DNA of 64,000 bases from assembly GCA_028697455.1 (NCBI GenBank), contig JAQVEZ010000001.1, forward strand, positions 3,902 through 67,901, given 5' to 3'. The stretch comes from Minisyncoccota bacterium. GTDB lineage: Bacteria; Patescibacteriota; Minisyncoccia; Phycocordibacterales; UBA1006. Of the stretch, positions 17,671-26,447 are shown one piece after another (within the stretch, counting starts at the first letter, position 1; the number at the start of each line of letters is the position of its first letter). A model generated the notes under the pieces. That model had not been told where the DNA came from, did not search any database, and worked only from the letters and a program-made list of their open reading frames with translations. The translations under genes and the position numbers were made by a program.

Positions 17671-17880
17671 AGGTGTGTTTACCCATCTGTATAAAAGAAT
17701 AGTTTTTTTATTTCAATACACATGCAGGCGTGTCTACCGCTTACTATTCTTTGCACCACCTGGGCAGGTGTGTTTACCCATCTGTATAAAAGAATAGTTT
17801 TTTTATTTCGATACACACGCAGGCGTGTCTACCGCTTACTATTCTTTGCACCACCTGGGCAGGTGTGTATCCCGAGCTGT
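17671..17880. repeat. Tandem direct repeat, 95-bp unit x ~2.2, starting at the 5' boundary of tRNA-Leu(TAG); each unit carries a tRNA 5'-fragment-like segment
   Basis: Unit aggtgtgtttacccatctgtataaaagaatagtttttttatttc[a/g]atacaca[t/c]gcaggcgtgtctaccgcttactattctttgcaccacctgggc at 17671-17765 and 17766-17860, plus a partial third copy. Two SNPs between units. Each unit contains ccacctgggcagg and gtgtctaccg, which match the tRNA acceptor/D-arm on the minus strand. Confidence 0.85.
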
Positions 17881-17944
17881 ACTTAACAAGATCTTTAGAT
17901 TCTGCAAGCCCCGGATTTATTACGTATTGATGATTCATTACGTG

Positions 17945-18017
17945 TCCGCTTGGAAGGATTCGAACCTTCGACCGTCTGGTTAAGAGCCAGCTGCTCTACC
18001 GACTGAGCTACAAGCGG
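17945..18017 (-). tRNA. tRNA-Lys (anticodon CTT)
   Basis: Minus strand: CCGCTTGTAGCTCAGTCGGTAGAGCAGCTGGCTCTTAACCAGACGGTCGAAGGTTCGAATCCTTCCAAGCGGA. Acceptor CCGCTTG/CAAGCGG. No CCA encoded. Confidence 0.85.
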
Positions 18018-18061
18018 GAACAAAAGAAAGTATATAGGAATGATATTTTTTCGCAAGAAAA

Positions 18062-18144
18062 GTGCCGAGAGCGGGAATTGAACCCGCACGCCCGAAAGCA
18101 AGGGATTTTAAGTCCCTCGTGTCTACCGATTCCACCACCTCGGC
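18062..18144 (-). tRNA. tRNA-Leu (anticodon TAA), long variable arm
   Basis: Minus strand: GCCGAGGTGGTGGAATCGGTAGACACGAGGGACTTAAAATCCCTTGCTTTCGGGCGTGCGGGTTCAATTCCCGCTCTCGGCA. Anticodon loop CTTAAAA. Confidence 0.85.
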
Positions 18145-18240
18145 AATGAGAAGATAGTACCATAATTTAGGCTAATATCCAATATTGTCTTTTGAGTTAA
18201 ACAAGCTTTTTAAAATGGATTTTATTTTCTGATATTTTTG

Positions 18241-18312
18241 AGGCATAGGCGGGAATCGAACCCGCGCATGGCGGTTTTGCAGACCGCAGCGTTTCCACTT
18301 CGCCACTATGCC
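18241..18312 (-). tRNA. tRNA-Cys (anticodon GCA)
   Basis: Minus strand: GGCATAGTGGCGAAGTGGAAACGCTGCGGTCTGCAAAACCGCCATGCGCGGGTTCGATTCCCGCCTATGCCT. Discriminator U as expected for Cys. Confidence 0.85.
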
Positions 18313-18344
18313 GTGACAACAAATATCTTATAGCTATTTGTTAA

Positions 18345-18680
18345 TTATCTGAGTTTATCCTTTATAAGAATTTGATCAATCTGCTGTCGGTTCTTTTCTC
18401 CCTCGTCGATAGCAAAATTTACAAAAGGAAGAATACGCGTTGAGATATTTTTTTTGAGGTAGTCACGAGCTTCTTTCTTGTTTCGAGAGAGGAAGGCAAG
18501 AACTTTGTCTTCTTGGTTTTCAGGGAATACCGAGAAATAGACAATGAGGTTTTTGTAGTCATTGCTGAGCTCACAGCGAGTGACGGTGATAAGGGAAGTT
18601 TTGTTGGATTCTCTTTCAATAAATGCTGCAAATATTTTTTGATACTCTTTTTTGAGCTTATCTTGTTTTGATATGTTCAT
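18345..18680 (-). CDS. rbfA: Ribosome-binding factor A
   Basis: Immediately downstream of infB on the same strand (canonical infB-rbfA order). VTRCELSNDYKNLIVYFSV resembles the RbfA KH-like core VTVTDVEVS.DL..AKVYVS. Confidence 0.65.
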   Translation of the reverse strand: MNISKQDKLKKEYQKIFAAFIERESNKTSLITVTRCELSNDYKNLIVYFSVFPENQEDKVLAFLSRNKKEARDYLKKNISTRILPFVNFAIDEGEKNRQQIDQILIKDKLR

Positions 18681-18683
18681 AGT

Positions 18684-20183
18684 TTATTTGATTTCAAGGA
18701 TAAAGGACTCAAGGATATCTCCTTCGTGAATATCGTAATGTGAATCAATCATAATTCCACATTCAGTTCCTTCTCCTATTATTTTTTCAGTAGTGATTTT
18801 TCCTTGTTGGAGTGCGATGATTTTTGTCTCGGTGATAACCTCGTTATTTCTTTTAATCTGCGCTCGGTCACCAAGTTTGAGCTCACCGCTGATGAGCGAC
18901 CCTCCCATGAGGAGTTTGTTCTTTTGTTGTGAGAAAATTTTCAAGATTTTTAAACTTCCGGTGATTGTTCTGACTTCTTTTTTGATACGTCTTTTTTCGT
19001 AGAGTTCAAGGAGCCATTCGGTGAGATTATAGATAATATCAAAGCTTTGGATATTTATAGTTTCATAACCATTGAGGTTCTTGAGATTACTTTCTTCATC
19101 AACATGGAATCCAATAATAATAGTATGAGGATCAGAGAGAGCGAGTTTGATATCGGATTCATTAATTGCTCCTGTTTCGTTTTTGATAATTTTGAAAATA
19201 ACTTCATCGTCAGTAATTTTCTTGATTTCGTCTGCGATAGCTTCTCCCGTTCCCGAAACATCAGTTTTGAGTATTACGGGGATGATGGCAACCCCTTCTT
19301 GGTGCGCAAGTAACTCTGTTGGAGTCGCTATTTCTTCTTTGATATGTTTGTATTCTGAGGCTTGGTGCTCGGCCTCTTTTTTTGTTTCAAAAGTTTCAAA
19401 ATGACTTCCCACAGAAGGAAGTTTGTCAAAACCTACGAGTCTAATAGGAGATGAGAAAAAAGCTGAATCGATATTCTCTCCGCTAAAGTCTCGCAACATT
19501 CGTGTTGAGGTGACGCTCTCTTCTGCAACGACATACTGTCCTTTGTGAAGAGATCCATCCTTTATTACAAGCGTTGCAGTAATCCCTTCTCGTGGGTCGC
19601 GATAGGACTCAACCACAAAACCACTTGCTGGTTTATCAAGATCTCCTTTGAGTTCTTCCATCTCGGCAAGAATGACGAGAGATTCGAGAAGGTCATCAAT
19701 CCCGGTTCCTTTTTTGGCTGAAATAGGAGCAAAGGGAACATCTCCTCCAAATCCTTCAACATAAATCCCTTCTTCAAGAAGGTCAGTTTTTACTTTCTCA
19801 ACATTTGCTTCGGGTTTGTCGATTTTGTTAATAGCGACAATAAAAGGGATGTTGTTTTTCTTGATAACCTCGATAGCATGTCGTGTTTGCATTTTGACAC
19901 TGTCATCGGCAGAAACAATAAGAATAGCGATATCAGCGATTCCTCCTCCGCGATTTCTCATTTGATCGAAGGCAGCGTGTCCTGGTGTATCGAGAAAGGT
20001 TATTTTTTTTCCGCCCTTGAGTGTTACTTCGTAGGTTGATATGTGTTGAGTGATTCCTCCTGCTTCGTGTTCAACAATGTTTGTTTTTCGTATGTAATCA
20101 AGAAGTGTAGATTTTCCATGATCTACATGCCCCATGATGGCAACAACTGGCGATCGTTCAATTATGTTTTTAGATTGAGGCAT
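18684..20183 (-). CDS. infB: Translation initiation factor IF-2 (short form lacking N-terminal domains)
   Basis: G-domain VVAIMGHVDHGKSTLLDYIR, DTPGHAAF, NKIDK. 499 aa versus ~700-900 aa in most bacteria. Confidence 0.9.
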   Translation of the reverse strand: MPQSKNIIERSPVVAIMGHVDHGKSTLLDYIRKTNIVEHEAGGITQHISTYEVTLKGGKKITFLDTPGHAAFDQMRNRGGGIADIAILIVSADDSVKMQTRHAIEVIKKNNIPFIVAINKIDKPEANVEKVKTDLLEEGIYVEGFGGDVPFAPISAKKGTGIDDLLESLVILAEMEELKGDLDKPASGFVVESYRDPREGITATLVIKDGSLHKGQYVVAEESVTSTRMLRDFSGENIDSAFFSSPIRLVGFDKLPSVGSHFETFETKKEAEHQASEYKHIKEEIATPTELLAHQEGVAIIPVILKTDVSGTGEAIADEIKKITDDEVIFKIIKNETGAINESDIKLALSDPHTIIIGFHVDEESNLKNLNGYETINIQSFDIIYNLTEWLLELYEKRRIKKEVRTITGSLKILKIFSQQKNKLLMGGSLISGELKLGDRAQIKRNNEVITETKIIALQQGKITTEKIIGEGTECGIMIDSHYDIHEGDILESFILEIK

Positions 20184-20244
20184 AGTTTTAAATGAGTTAA
20201 GGATGAATAATGAAAGTTTCTAAACGGAGAAATCTCAAGAATTT

Positions 20245-20679
20245 TTAGAGAACCTCTTGTTCTTCTTTGCTGAGCGTGTATTCAGAGGTTCCGTTTTTTA
20301 TTGGTTTTGCAAAGAGGTGAAGATATTCTCGTGAATACAATGATGAAATAATAATTCCGTCTTTGTTTTTGTTCAAAAGAGAAAGGGCAAAGCTTTGGTT
20401 TCCTCCTGTCTCCTTGTAAGGATTAAATCGTAAAACTTTTATATTTTTAATATTCTTTAAATCTTCATTTTCAAGAAATGAAATTCTCTTTTCAAACTGA
20501 GCGATAACTTGTTCCTGCTCATGGATGAGTTTGTTGTTTTCTTTGATAATTTCCTCAAGGCTGAGGCGATCGCGACCTCGTGTGAGAAGGGTGATTCTTC
20601 GGTGGAGAAGAATAATAAAGATAATAATTGCAATGAAGCCGATTCCTCCAAAGAGAAGATTTATTGATATTGTGCTCAT
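20245..20679 (-). CDS. DUF4446-like membrane-anchored protein
   Basis: One N-terminal TM, a coiled-coil region, and a C-terminal RFNPYKETGGNQSFALSLLNKNKDGIIISSLYSRE that resembles the DUF4446 consensus as I recall it. Confidence 0.4.
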   Translation of the reverse strand: MSTISINLLFGGIGFIAIIIFIILLHRRITLLTRGRDRLSLEEIIKENNKLIHEQEQVIAQFEKRISFLENEDLKNIKNIKVLRFNPYKETGGNQSFALSLLNKNKDGIIISSLYSREYLHLFAKPIKNGTSEYTLSKEEQEVL

Positions 20680-20701
20680 ATCATAGCATATTATATGATT
20701 T

Positions 20702-21973
20702 ATGCATGAATTTCAATCTTTTTGTGCTATGATAGAAGAACGATTCTTTATGTTTTCTTTTGGCCAGAAAAAATCCATTTACCTTGACTATGCAGCGGCA
20801 ACCCCTTGTAGCACAGAAGTTTTTGCTGAGATGAAACCATTTTTTGAAAAGAGGTTTTTCAACCCTTCTTCGGCATCCTTACTTTCTCGAGAAATATCTT
20901 CTGAGATACAGAAATCTCGAGAAAGCATTGCAAAAAATCTTGGCGTACGAGCACAGGAGATATTTTTTTATGACGGAGCAACTGAAGCAAATAATATGCT
21001 TATTTTAGGAGCGGTTTCAGCATTCAAAAGAGAACAAGGGATTATTCCACACATTGTTGCAAGCGCTATTGAACACCCTTCAATTGTGGAAACCTTAAAA
21101 TCTCTCTTAAAAAGAGGGGAGATTGAGCTTGATTTTGTTCCTGTTGATTCTTTGGGACGTGCTGATTTGAAAGCATTAAAAAACCTTCTCAAGGAGAACA
21201 CAGCACTCGTGAGTATTGGATACGTAAATAACGAAACGGGAGTTGTTCAAGACCTCAAAGCTATTTCAAAAATTTTAAGAAAGCAACGAAAAAAACAAGA
21301 CACTCTTTTTCCGTTTCTCCACTCAGATATTGTTCAGGCAATTAATTACGTCGATAAAATTAATCCAGAAAAGCTCGGTTGCGATGCGGTAACCATAAGC
21401 TCTGGAAAAATCTACGGTCCAAAAAAAATGGCTGCTCTTTATCGAAAAAAGTCTTTGACCATTGATCCTATCTTTTTTGGAGGAACGCAAGAATCTTCAT
21501 ATCGTTCAGGAACAGAGAACGTTCCTTATATTGTTGGATTTGCAAAAGCCCTTGAGAATGCAAGAAAAAAACAAAAGGAAGAAAATGAGCGACTTTCTCA
21601 TATTCACAAAAAGTTTACCGAAGAACTCTCCTTGTTGTTTCCAGAGCTTATTATGAACACTCCTTCATTAGATCTTTGCTCTCCTCACATTGTGAATATT
21701 AGTTTTCCTCGGGTGGCTCACGAAGAAATTCTTTTTCGATTAGAAGAATCTGGTTATATCTGTAGTATGAAATCAGCATGTAAGTCAGGAGAGGAAGGAG
21801 ATTCGCATGTTATTCTTGCCATTCGTGGAGAAAACGAAAATCATCTTCCTACAGGTTCCTTGAGAATTTCTTTCGGGAAAGATACTGTTTGGAAAGATCT
21901 TGAAAATTTTCTTAAGGACTTATCCGAAATTATTAAACTGATCGAAGATACTCATCAGAGGTTTTTGCCTTAA
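20702..21973 (+). CDS. Cysteine desulfurase / class V aminotransferase (NifS/IscS-like)
   Basis: SIYLDYAAATP N-terminus, PLP-Lys region SSGKIYGPKKMAALY, active-site Cys loop CSMKSACKSGE. The true start is likely the internal M at ~20744. Confidence 0.75.
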   Translation: MHEFQSFCAMIEERFFMFSFGQKKSIYLDYAAATPCSTEVFAEMKPFFEKRFFNPSSASLLSREISSEIQKSRESIAKNLGVRAQEIFFYDGATEANNMLILGAVSAFKREQGIIPHIVASAIEHPSIVETLKSLLKRGEIELDFVPVDSLGRADLKALKNLLKENTALVSIGYVNNETGVVQDLKAISKILRKQRKKQDTLFPFLHSDIVQAINYVDKINPEKLGCDAVTISSGKIYGPKKMAALYRKKSLTIDPIFFGGTQESSYRSGTENVPYIVGFAKALENARKKQKEENERLSHIHKKFTEELSLLFPELIMNTPSLDLCSPHIVNISFPRVAHEEILFRLEESGYICSMKSACKSGEEGDSHVILAIRGENENHLPTGSLRISFGKDTVWKDLENFLKDLSEIIKLIEDTHQRFLP

Positions 21974-21979
21974 AAAAAT

Positions 21980-23041
21980 ATGGAAAAACGAAAGAAAATA
22001 TCATTGTTAACTATTTTTATTATTTGCGCTTTTTGTGCTCTTTTGGTTTTTAGTTTTTTTCTCAAAGAAAATAACAAAAATATATCAAACCTTTTTCAAA
22101 AAATAAGTTTGGAAAAGAAACAGTTAGAAAGTGAAAAAGATCAGCTTAAAACTCTTTTAGAAGAAGAAACAAAAAAAGAAACAATCTACCGCGTCACTGT
22201 TGTTGGGGATATCATGCTTGACCGAGGAGTTAAAACGAGAGTAAAGCAAAACTCTGGAGATTATAATTTCCCTTTTCAACTTATGAAAAGTTATTTTTCC
22301 AATTCAGATTATGTTTTTGCAAATCTTGAAGGATCTATTAGTTCGGTAGGGGCAGATACGGGGAAGCCGTTTTCTTTTCGCTTTGAGCCTGCTGCCGCTC
22401 CTGCTCTTGCAGCAGCTGGAATTGACCTCGTTTCTCTTGCTAACAATCACATTCTTGATTGGGGGAGAGATTCTTTGTGTGCAACAACTACTCATTTAGA
22501 AAAGGTAAACGTCGCTTTTGTCGGGGCTGGATGTAACAATAACCAAGCTGAAAAGAGCACTCTTGTGACATTGGGGAATACAAAAATTGCCTTTCTTGCT
22601 TATACTGAATTTTATCAAGGAGCTCATGCAACAGTTACCGCTCCAGGTTTGAGTGAATACAGTATGACAAAAATAAGGGAGAAGATTAAGGCGCTCAAAG
22701 AGGATGAAGATGTTGACCTTGTTTTTGTTTCTATGCATTGGGGAGACGAATACAAGGCAAGAGCAAATAATTATCAAGTTACAACAGGATATAAGCTTGT
22801 TGAAATGGGTGCCGATCTTGTTATAGGGCACCACCCTCATGTTAAACAAGAAATTGAGCGCTATAAAAATGGATGGATTATTTATTCTTTAGGAAACTTT
22901 ATTTTTGATCAATCATGGTCAAAAGAAACAATGGAAGGGTTAATGGTTGATATTTTTATTCAGAACAAGAAAATCATCAATCTTGAACCAATTGATCTCT
23001 TGATAAATAAAGACTTTCAGCCAGCTATCGAAACCATTTAA
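21980..23041 (+). CDS. CapA/PgsA-family metallophosphatase-like protein (poly-gamma-glutamate synthesis-like)
   Basis: N-terminal TM plus motifs VVGDIMLDRGV, FANLEGSIS, LANNHILDWG, SMHWGDEY, GHHPHV characteristic of the CapA family. Confidence 0.65.
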   Translation: MEKRKKISLLTIFIICAFCALLVFSFFLKENNKNISNLFQKISLEKKQLESEKDQLKTLLEEETKKETIYRVTVVGDIMLDRGVKTRVKQNSGDYNFPFQLMKSYFSNSDYVFANLEGSISSVGADTGKPFSFRFEPAAAPALAAAGIDLVSLANNHILDWGRDSLCATTTHLEKVNVAFVGAGCNNNQAEKSTLVTLGNTKIAFLAYTEFYQGAHATVTAPGLSEYSMTKIREKIKALKEDEDVDLVFVSMHWGDEYKARANNYQVTTGYKLVEMGADLVIGHHPHVKQEIERYKNGWIIYSLGNFIFDQSWSKETMEGLMVDIFIQNKKIINLEPIDLLINKDFQPAIETI

Positions 23042-23139
23042 CATATTTTTCACGCTAATGAAAAACTTGTTAAAATTTTGAAAGGATATATAATAAGAAG
23101 TATATTCACAATTATTAATTTTTAAATATTAAGACTCAT

Positions 23140-25836
23140 ATGCCTCCATTTCAAAATTTTACCCAAAAAGCAAAGGATATCATTCGTAGATCACATGAAC
23201 TTGCAATAGAGCGAGGACAAAACCAAGTTAATGCTCTGCATCTTTTAACAGCCTTTATTCTTCAAGAGGACGGTTTTTTCGTTTCTCTTTTGGAAAAACT
23301 TAATATTAATGCACAAAATGTAACAAACGATCTTCTTGATGAGCTCGACAGAGAAGAGCAAGACGACACTGTTCAAGACGATACCATTTCTTCTCCTGTC
23401 CAAATGTACCTAACACAGGACCTTGCTTACATCATTGAAAAATCAATGAAAATTGCAAAAGAAAAAGGGGATAAGGTTATTTCTTCTGAACATATTTTTC
23501 TTGCTCTTTTTGAAACCGAGAGCCCTGCAAAGAGTTTTATTCTCGATCTTGGTCTTGAGAAAAAAATCGTAGTAAAAGTTCTTGACCAATTAAAAGAAGA
23601 AAGACAAAAAGAAACGAAAACCTTCCATCACCAATTTAGAAACCTTGCAAAATATTCTCGAAACCTTACTGAGATGGCTTCGAATGACAAGCTTGACCCT
23701 GTTATCGGCCGAGACAAAGAGATTATGAGACTTATTCAGATTCTTTCTCGAAGGACAAAGAATAATCCTATTTTGATTGGAGAACCAGGGACAGGGAAAA
23801 CTGCCGTTGTTGAAGGACTTGCTCAGAGAATGGCAAAAGGGGATATTCCTGAATCATTGAGAGGGAAGGAACTTGTCCTTCTTGATTTGGGACTTCTTGT
23901 TGCGGGAACAAAGTACCGTGGGGAATTTGAAGATCGGTTGAAAAAAATAATGAAAGAGGTCGAAGCCTCAGAAGGGAAAGTTATCCTCTTTATTGATGAA
24001 ATTCATACCATTATTGGAGCAGGGTCGTCTGAGGGCTCAATGGATGCAGCAAACCTTTTGAAACCAGCACTTGCTCGAGGTGATCTTCGTGCTATTGGGG
24101 CAACGACTCTTACTGAATATCAAAAACACTTTGAAAAAGATCCAGCCTTGGTTCGAAGGTTCCAGCCTGTTCAAGTTAATGAACCATCTCTTGAAGATGC
24201 TATTGCCATTTTAAGAGGATTAAAATCAAAATACGAACTTTTTCACGGTGTCCAGATAACAGATGATGCTATTGTTGCAGCAGTGAATCTTTCGTCACGT
24301 TATATTACGAATAGATATCTCCCAGATAAAGCTGTTGATCTTATTGATGAAGCAGCTTCGTCTTTGAAAATTTCTCTTCAGGATAAGCCTGCTGAGCTTG
24401 AAGAAGCACATCGAAAAATTATAAAACTTGAAATCGAAAAGGAAGCTCTTCTTAAGGATGTTGAAAAGGGAGAAAAGACAGCAGAAGAACGTCATGAAAA
24501 AATCAATCAAGAAATAGCCGACCTCAAGGAGTCAACACGTGAGCTTGAGTTGAAATGGATTAATGAAAAAACTATTCTCAATAATATTGCCTCTTTCAAG
24601 GAGAAAAAGGAAAGATATAAAATAGAATCAGAACAAGCAGAAGTTGAAGGAGATCTTGGTCGTGTTGCTGAGATTATTTATGGATTAATACCAGCCACAG
24701 AAAAACAACTTGAAAAAGAACTTAAGAAGCTTTCACGTCTTCAAAAAAATACCAGAATTTTAAGAGAGGAGGTGAGCGAAGAAGATATTGCCAATGTTGT
24801 TTCAAAATGGACGGGTGTTCCCGTAACAAGAATGCTTGAGGAAGAAATTTCTAAACTTGCTCGTATGGAAGAAGAACTCCAAAAAAGAGTAAAAGGGCAG
24901 GGTGATGCTATCGCAAAAATCTCACATGCTATTCGACGTTCACGCGTTGGTATTGGTGATCCCAAGCGTCCTATCGGTTCATTTATCTTTCTCGGTCCTA
25001 CAGGAGTTGGAAAAACAGAATTAACCAAAGCGCTCGCTGAGTTTATGTTTGATGACGAAAAGGCTCTTGTAAGAGTCGATATGTCGGAATATATGGAAAG
25101 GCATTCCATTTCTAAACTCATTGGTTCTCCTCCAGGATATGTTGGGTATGAGGATGCGGGGAAATTTACTGAAACCATTCGTCATAGACCCTATTCCGTT
25201 GTGCTTTTTGATGAGATAGAAAAAGCCCACCCAGATATTTTTAACCTTCTCCTTCAGGTTCTTGATGACGGTCGTCTCACCGACGGAAAGGGAAGAGTTA
25301 TTGATTTTACCAACACCATTCTTATCTTGACTTCAAACCTCGGGTCACAACATTTTCAGAAAATGCAGTCAATTGGTTTTTCTGAAAAAACTCAATCTCA
25401 AAATATTGATGATCAGAAAAAGAAGATTCTCGGATCCTTGAAAGATTTCTTCCGTCCAGAATTTTTAAATCGTTTGGACGATATTATTATCTTTAATCCT
25501 CTTGATAAGGCAGTTATTTCTGATATTACTGAACAACAACTTTCTCTTGCTCTTGAAAGACTTTCAGAAAAGAATATCTCTATTAGTACCTCAAAGAGAC
25601 TTATTAAACATCTCTCAGAAAAAGGATTTGACCCTCAGTATGGGGCGCGACCTTTGAAGAGGCTCATTCAGAATGAAATTCTTAATGAGATAGCCTTCAA
25701 GATTGTCAAAAGAGAAATAAAAGAAGGAGATAAAATTTTTGTTGACTATCAAGATTCAAAAATTGAAATCACCAAAAAGAGTACAAAATCAAGCCAAATA
25801 CGAAAGACTGTTCGAAAGAAAACTAGTCAAAAGTAG
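23140..25836 (+). CDS. clpB: ATP-dependent chaperone ClpB (two AAA+ modules with coiled-coil middle domain), Lys-rich C-terminal tail
   Basis: Clp N-domain repeats, Walker [10 protein letters not shown] and [10 protein letters not shown]-domain coiled coil, and the signature [16 protein letters not shown]...RRFQPV. Confidence 0.9.
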   Translation: MPPFQNFTQKAKDIIRRSHELAIERGQNQVNALHLLTAFILQEDGFFVSLLEKLNINAQNVTNDLLDELDREEQDDTVQDDTISSPVQMYLTQDLAYIIEKSMKIAKEKGDKVISSEHIFLALFETESPAKSFILDLGLEKKIVVKVLDQLKEERQKETKTFHHQFRNLAKYSRNLTEMASNDKLDPVIGRDKEIMRLIQILSRRTKNNPILIGEPGTGKTAVVEGLAQRMAKGDIPESLRGKELVLLDLGLLVAGTKYRGEFEDRLKKIMKEVEASEGKVILFIDEIHTIIGAGSSEGSMDAANLLKPALARGDLRAIGATTLTEYQKHFEKDPALVRRFQPVQVNEPSLEDAIAILRGLKSKYELFHGVQITDDAIVAAVNLSSRYITNRYLPDKAVDLIDEAASSLKISLQDKPAELEEAHRKIIKLEIEKEALLKDVEKGEKTAEERHEKINQEIADLKESTRELELKWINEKTILNNIASFKEKKERYKIESEQAEVEGDLGRVAEIIYGLIPATEKQLEKELKKLSRLQKNTRILREEVSEEDIANVVSKWTGVPVTRMLEEEISKLARMEEELQKRVKGQGDAIAKISHAIRRSRVGIGDPKRPIGSFIFLGPTGVGKTELTKALAEFMFDDEKALVRVDMSEYMERHSISKLIGSPPGYVGYEDAGKFTETIRHRPYSVVLFDEIEKAHPDIFNLLLQVLDDGRLTDGKGRVIDFTNTILILTSNLGSQHFQKMQSIGFSEKTQSQNIDDQKKKILGSLKDFFRPEFLNRLDDIIIFNPLDKAVISDITEQQLSLALERLSEKNISISTSKRLIKHLSEKGFDPQYGARPLKRLIQNEILNEIAFKIVKREIKEGDKIFVDYQDSKIEITKKSTKSSQIRKTVRKKTSQK

Positions 25837-25884
25837 ACTTTGTGATATACTCGTGATTGCCTTTCTCTAAAAAGGCAATCATTT

Positions 25885-25967
25885 GCGTCGGTGGCAGAGT
25901 GGTCAATTGCACGGGACTGTAAATCCTGCGACGTTAGTCTACGGGGGTTCAAATCCCTCCCGGCGCA
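25885..25967 (+). tRNA. tRNA-Tyr (anticodon GTA), long variable arm
   Basis: GCGTCGGTGGCAGAGTGGTCAATTGCACGGGACTGTAAATCCTGCGACGTTAGTCTACGGGGGTTCAAATCCCTCCCGGCGCA. No CCA encoded. Confidence 0.85.
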
Positions 25968-26228
25968 CTTATTTTAAAGAAAGACACGAAAGTGTTTTTC
26001 TTTTTTAATAAGAAGATAAGAGGGAGGATTTGAAAAAAGTCGCCTGCAAAGCCGGACGAAGTCCGTAGGCGACGGCGGGGTCGAGGCTCTGAGCTCAAAG
26101 CCGAATCTTTGATTCTAGGCGTGAGCCAGAGCGGTGACCAAATCCCTCCCGGCGCACTTATTTTAAAGAAAGACACGAAAGTGTTTTTCTTTTTTAATAA
26201 GAAGATAAGAGGGAGGATTTGAAAAAAT
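25951..26228. repeat. Direct repeat: 191-bp unit x ~1.45 beginning inside the tRNA-Tyr 3' end; the unit contains a terminator hairpin and a GC-rich structured segment
   Basis: caaatccctcccggcgcacttattttaaagaaagacacgaaagtgtttttcttttttaataagaagataagagggaggatttgaaaaaa occurs at ~25951-26038 and ~26142-26228. The ~103-bp segment between the copies is GC-rich and carries hairpins (gtcgcct...aggcgac; gaatc-ttt-gattc). Confidence 0.8.
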
Positions 26229-26404
26229 AAAAACTCTCTAGAGGGTTTTTTGCTGTTAATGATTTTTATCCCTCACAAGAAATGCATACATTTGCTTCTT
26301 GGGTTGATGTTTGTTCTCCCGCAGGAGCCTCGTTGGTAAAAGGATCGATATATTCTTTCTTTTTCATGTTTCTAGTATACCATAATTTTTTTGAAGAAAC
26401 TCTT

Positions 26405-26447
26405 TTTACTTGACTCGGGGGGGGGGCGGAATATATAATAGAAAGGT
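26405..26447 (+). promoter_or_regulatory. Putative promoter with a 10-G homopolymeric tract (approx 26416-26425) abutting a TATATAAT -10 element
   Basis: gactcGGGGGGGGGGcggaaTATATAATagaaaggtATG. Paralogous to the element at 4690-4727. Confidence 0.45.

Noticed and set aside
26041-26156. GC-rich structured segment as SRP (4.5S) RNA or a functional second tRNA-Tyr
   Set aside because: No SRP domain-IV motif (AGGUCCGGAAGGAAGCAGC-like) is present on either strand. As a tRNA it lacks the 5' half of the T-arm and has a 3-4-nt loop at the anticodon position.
25949-26176. 75-aa minus-strand ORF spanning the tRNA-Tyr 3' end and the 191-bp repeat
   Set aside because: It overlaps a tRNA gene and terminator hairpins, and its internally repeated peptide (SFFKISAPGGI twice) simply mirrors the DNA duplication. 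It is a spurious ORF.
25885-26240. Integrated prophage or mobile element at tRNA-Tyr (attL/attR)
   Set aside because: Only ~100 bp separates the two copies of the tRNA 3' end repeat, and no integrase, recombinase or phage gene is nearby. At most this is a remnant scar, so it is reported as a tandem duplication rather than a mobile element.
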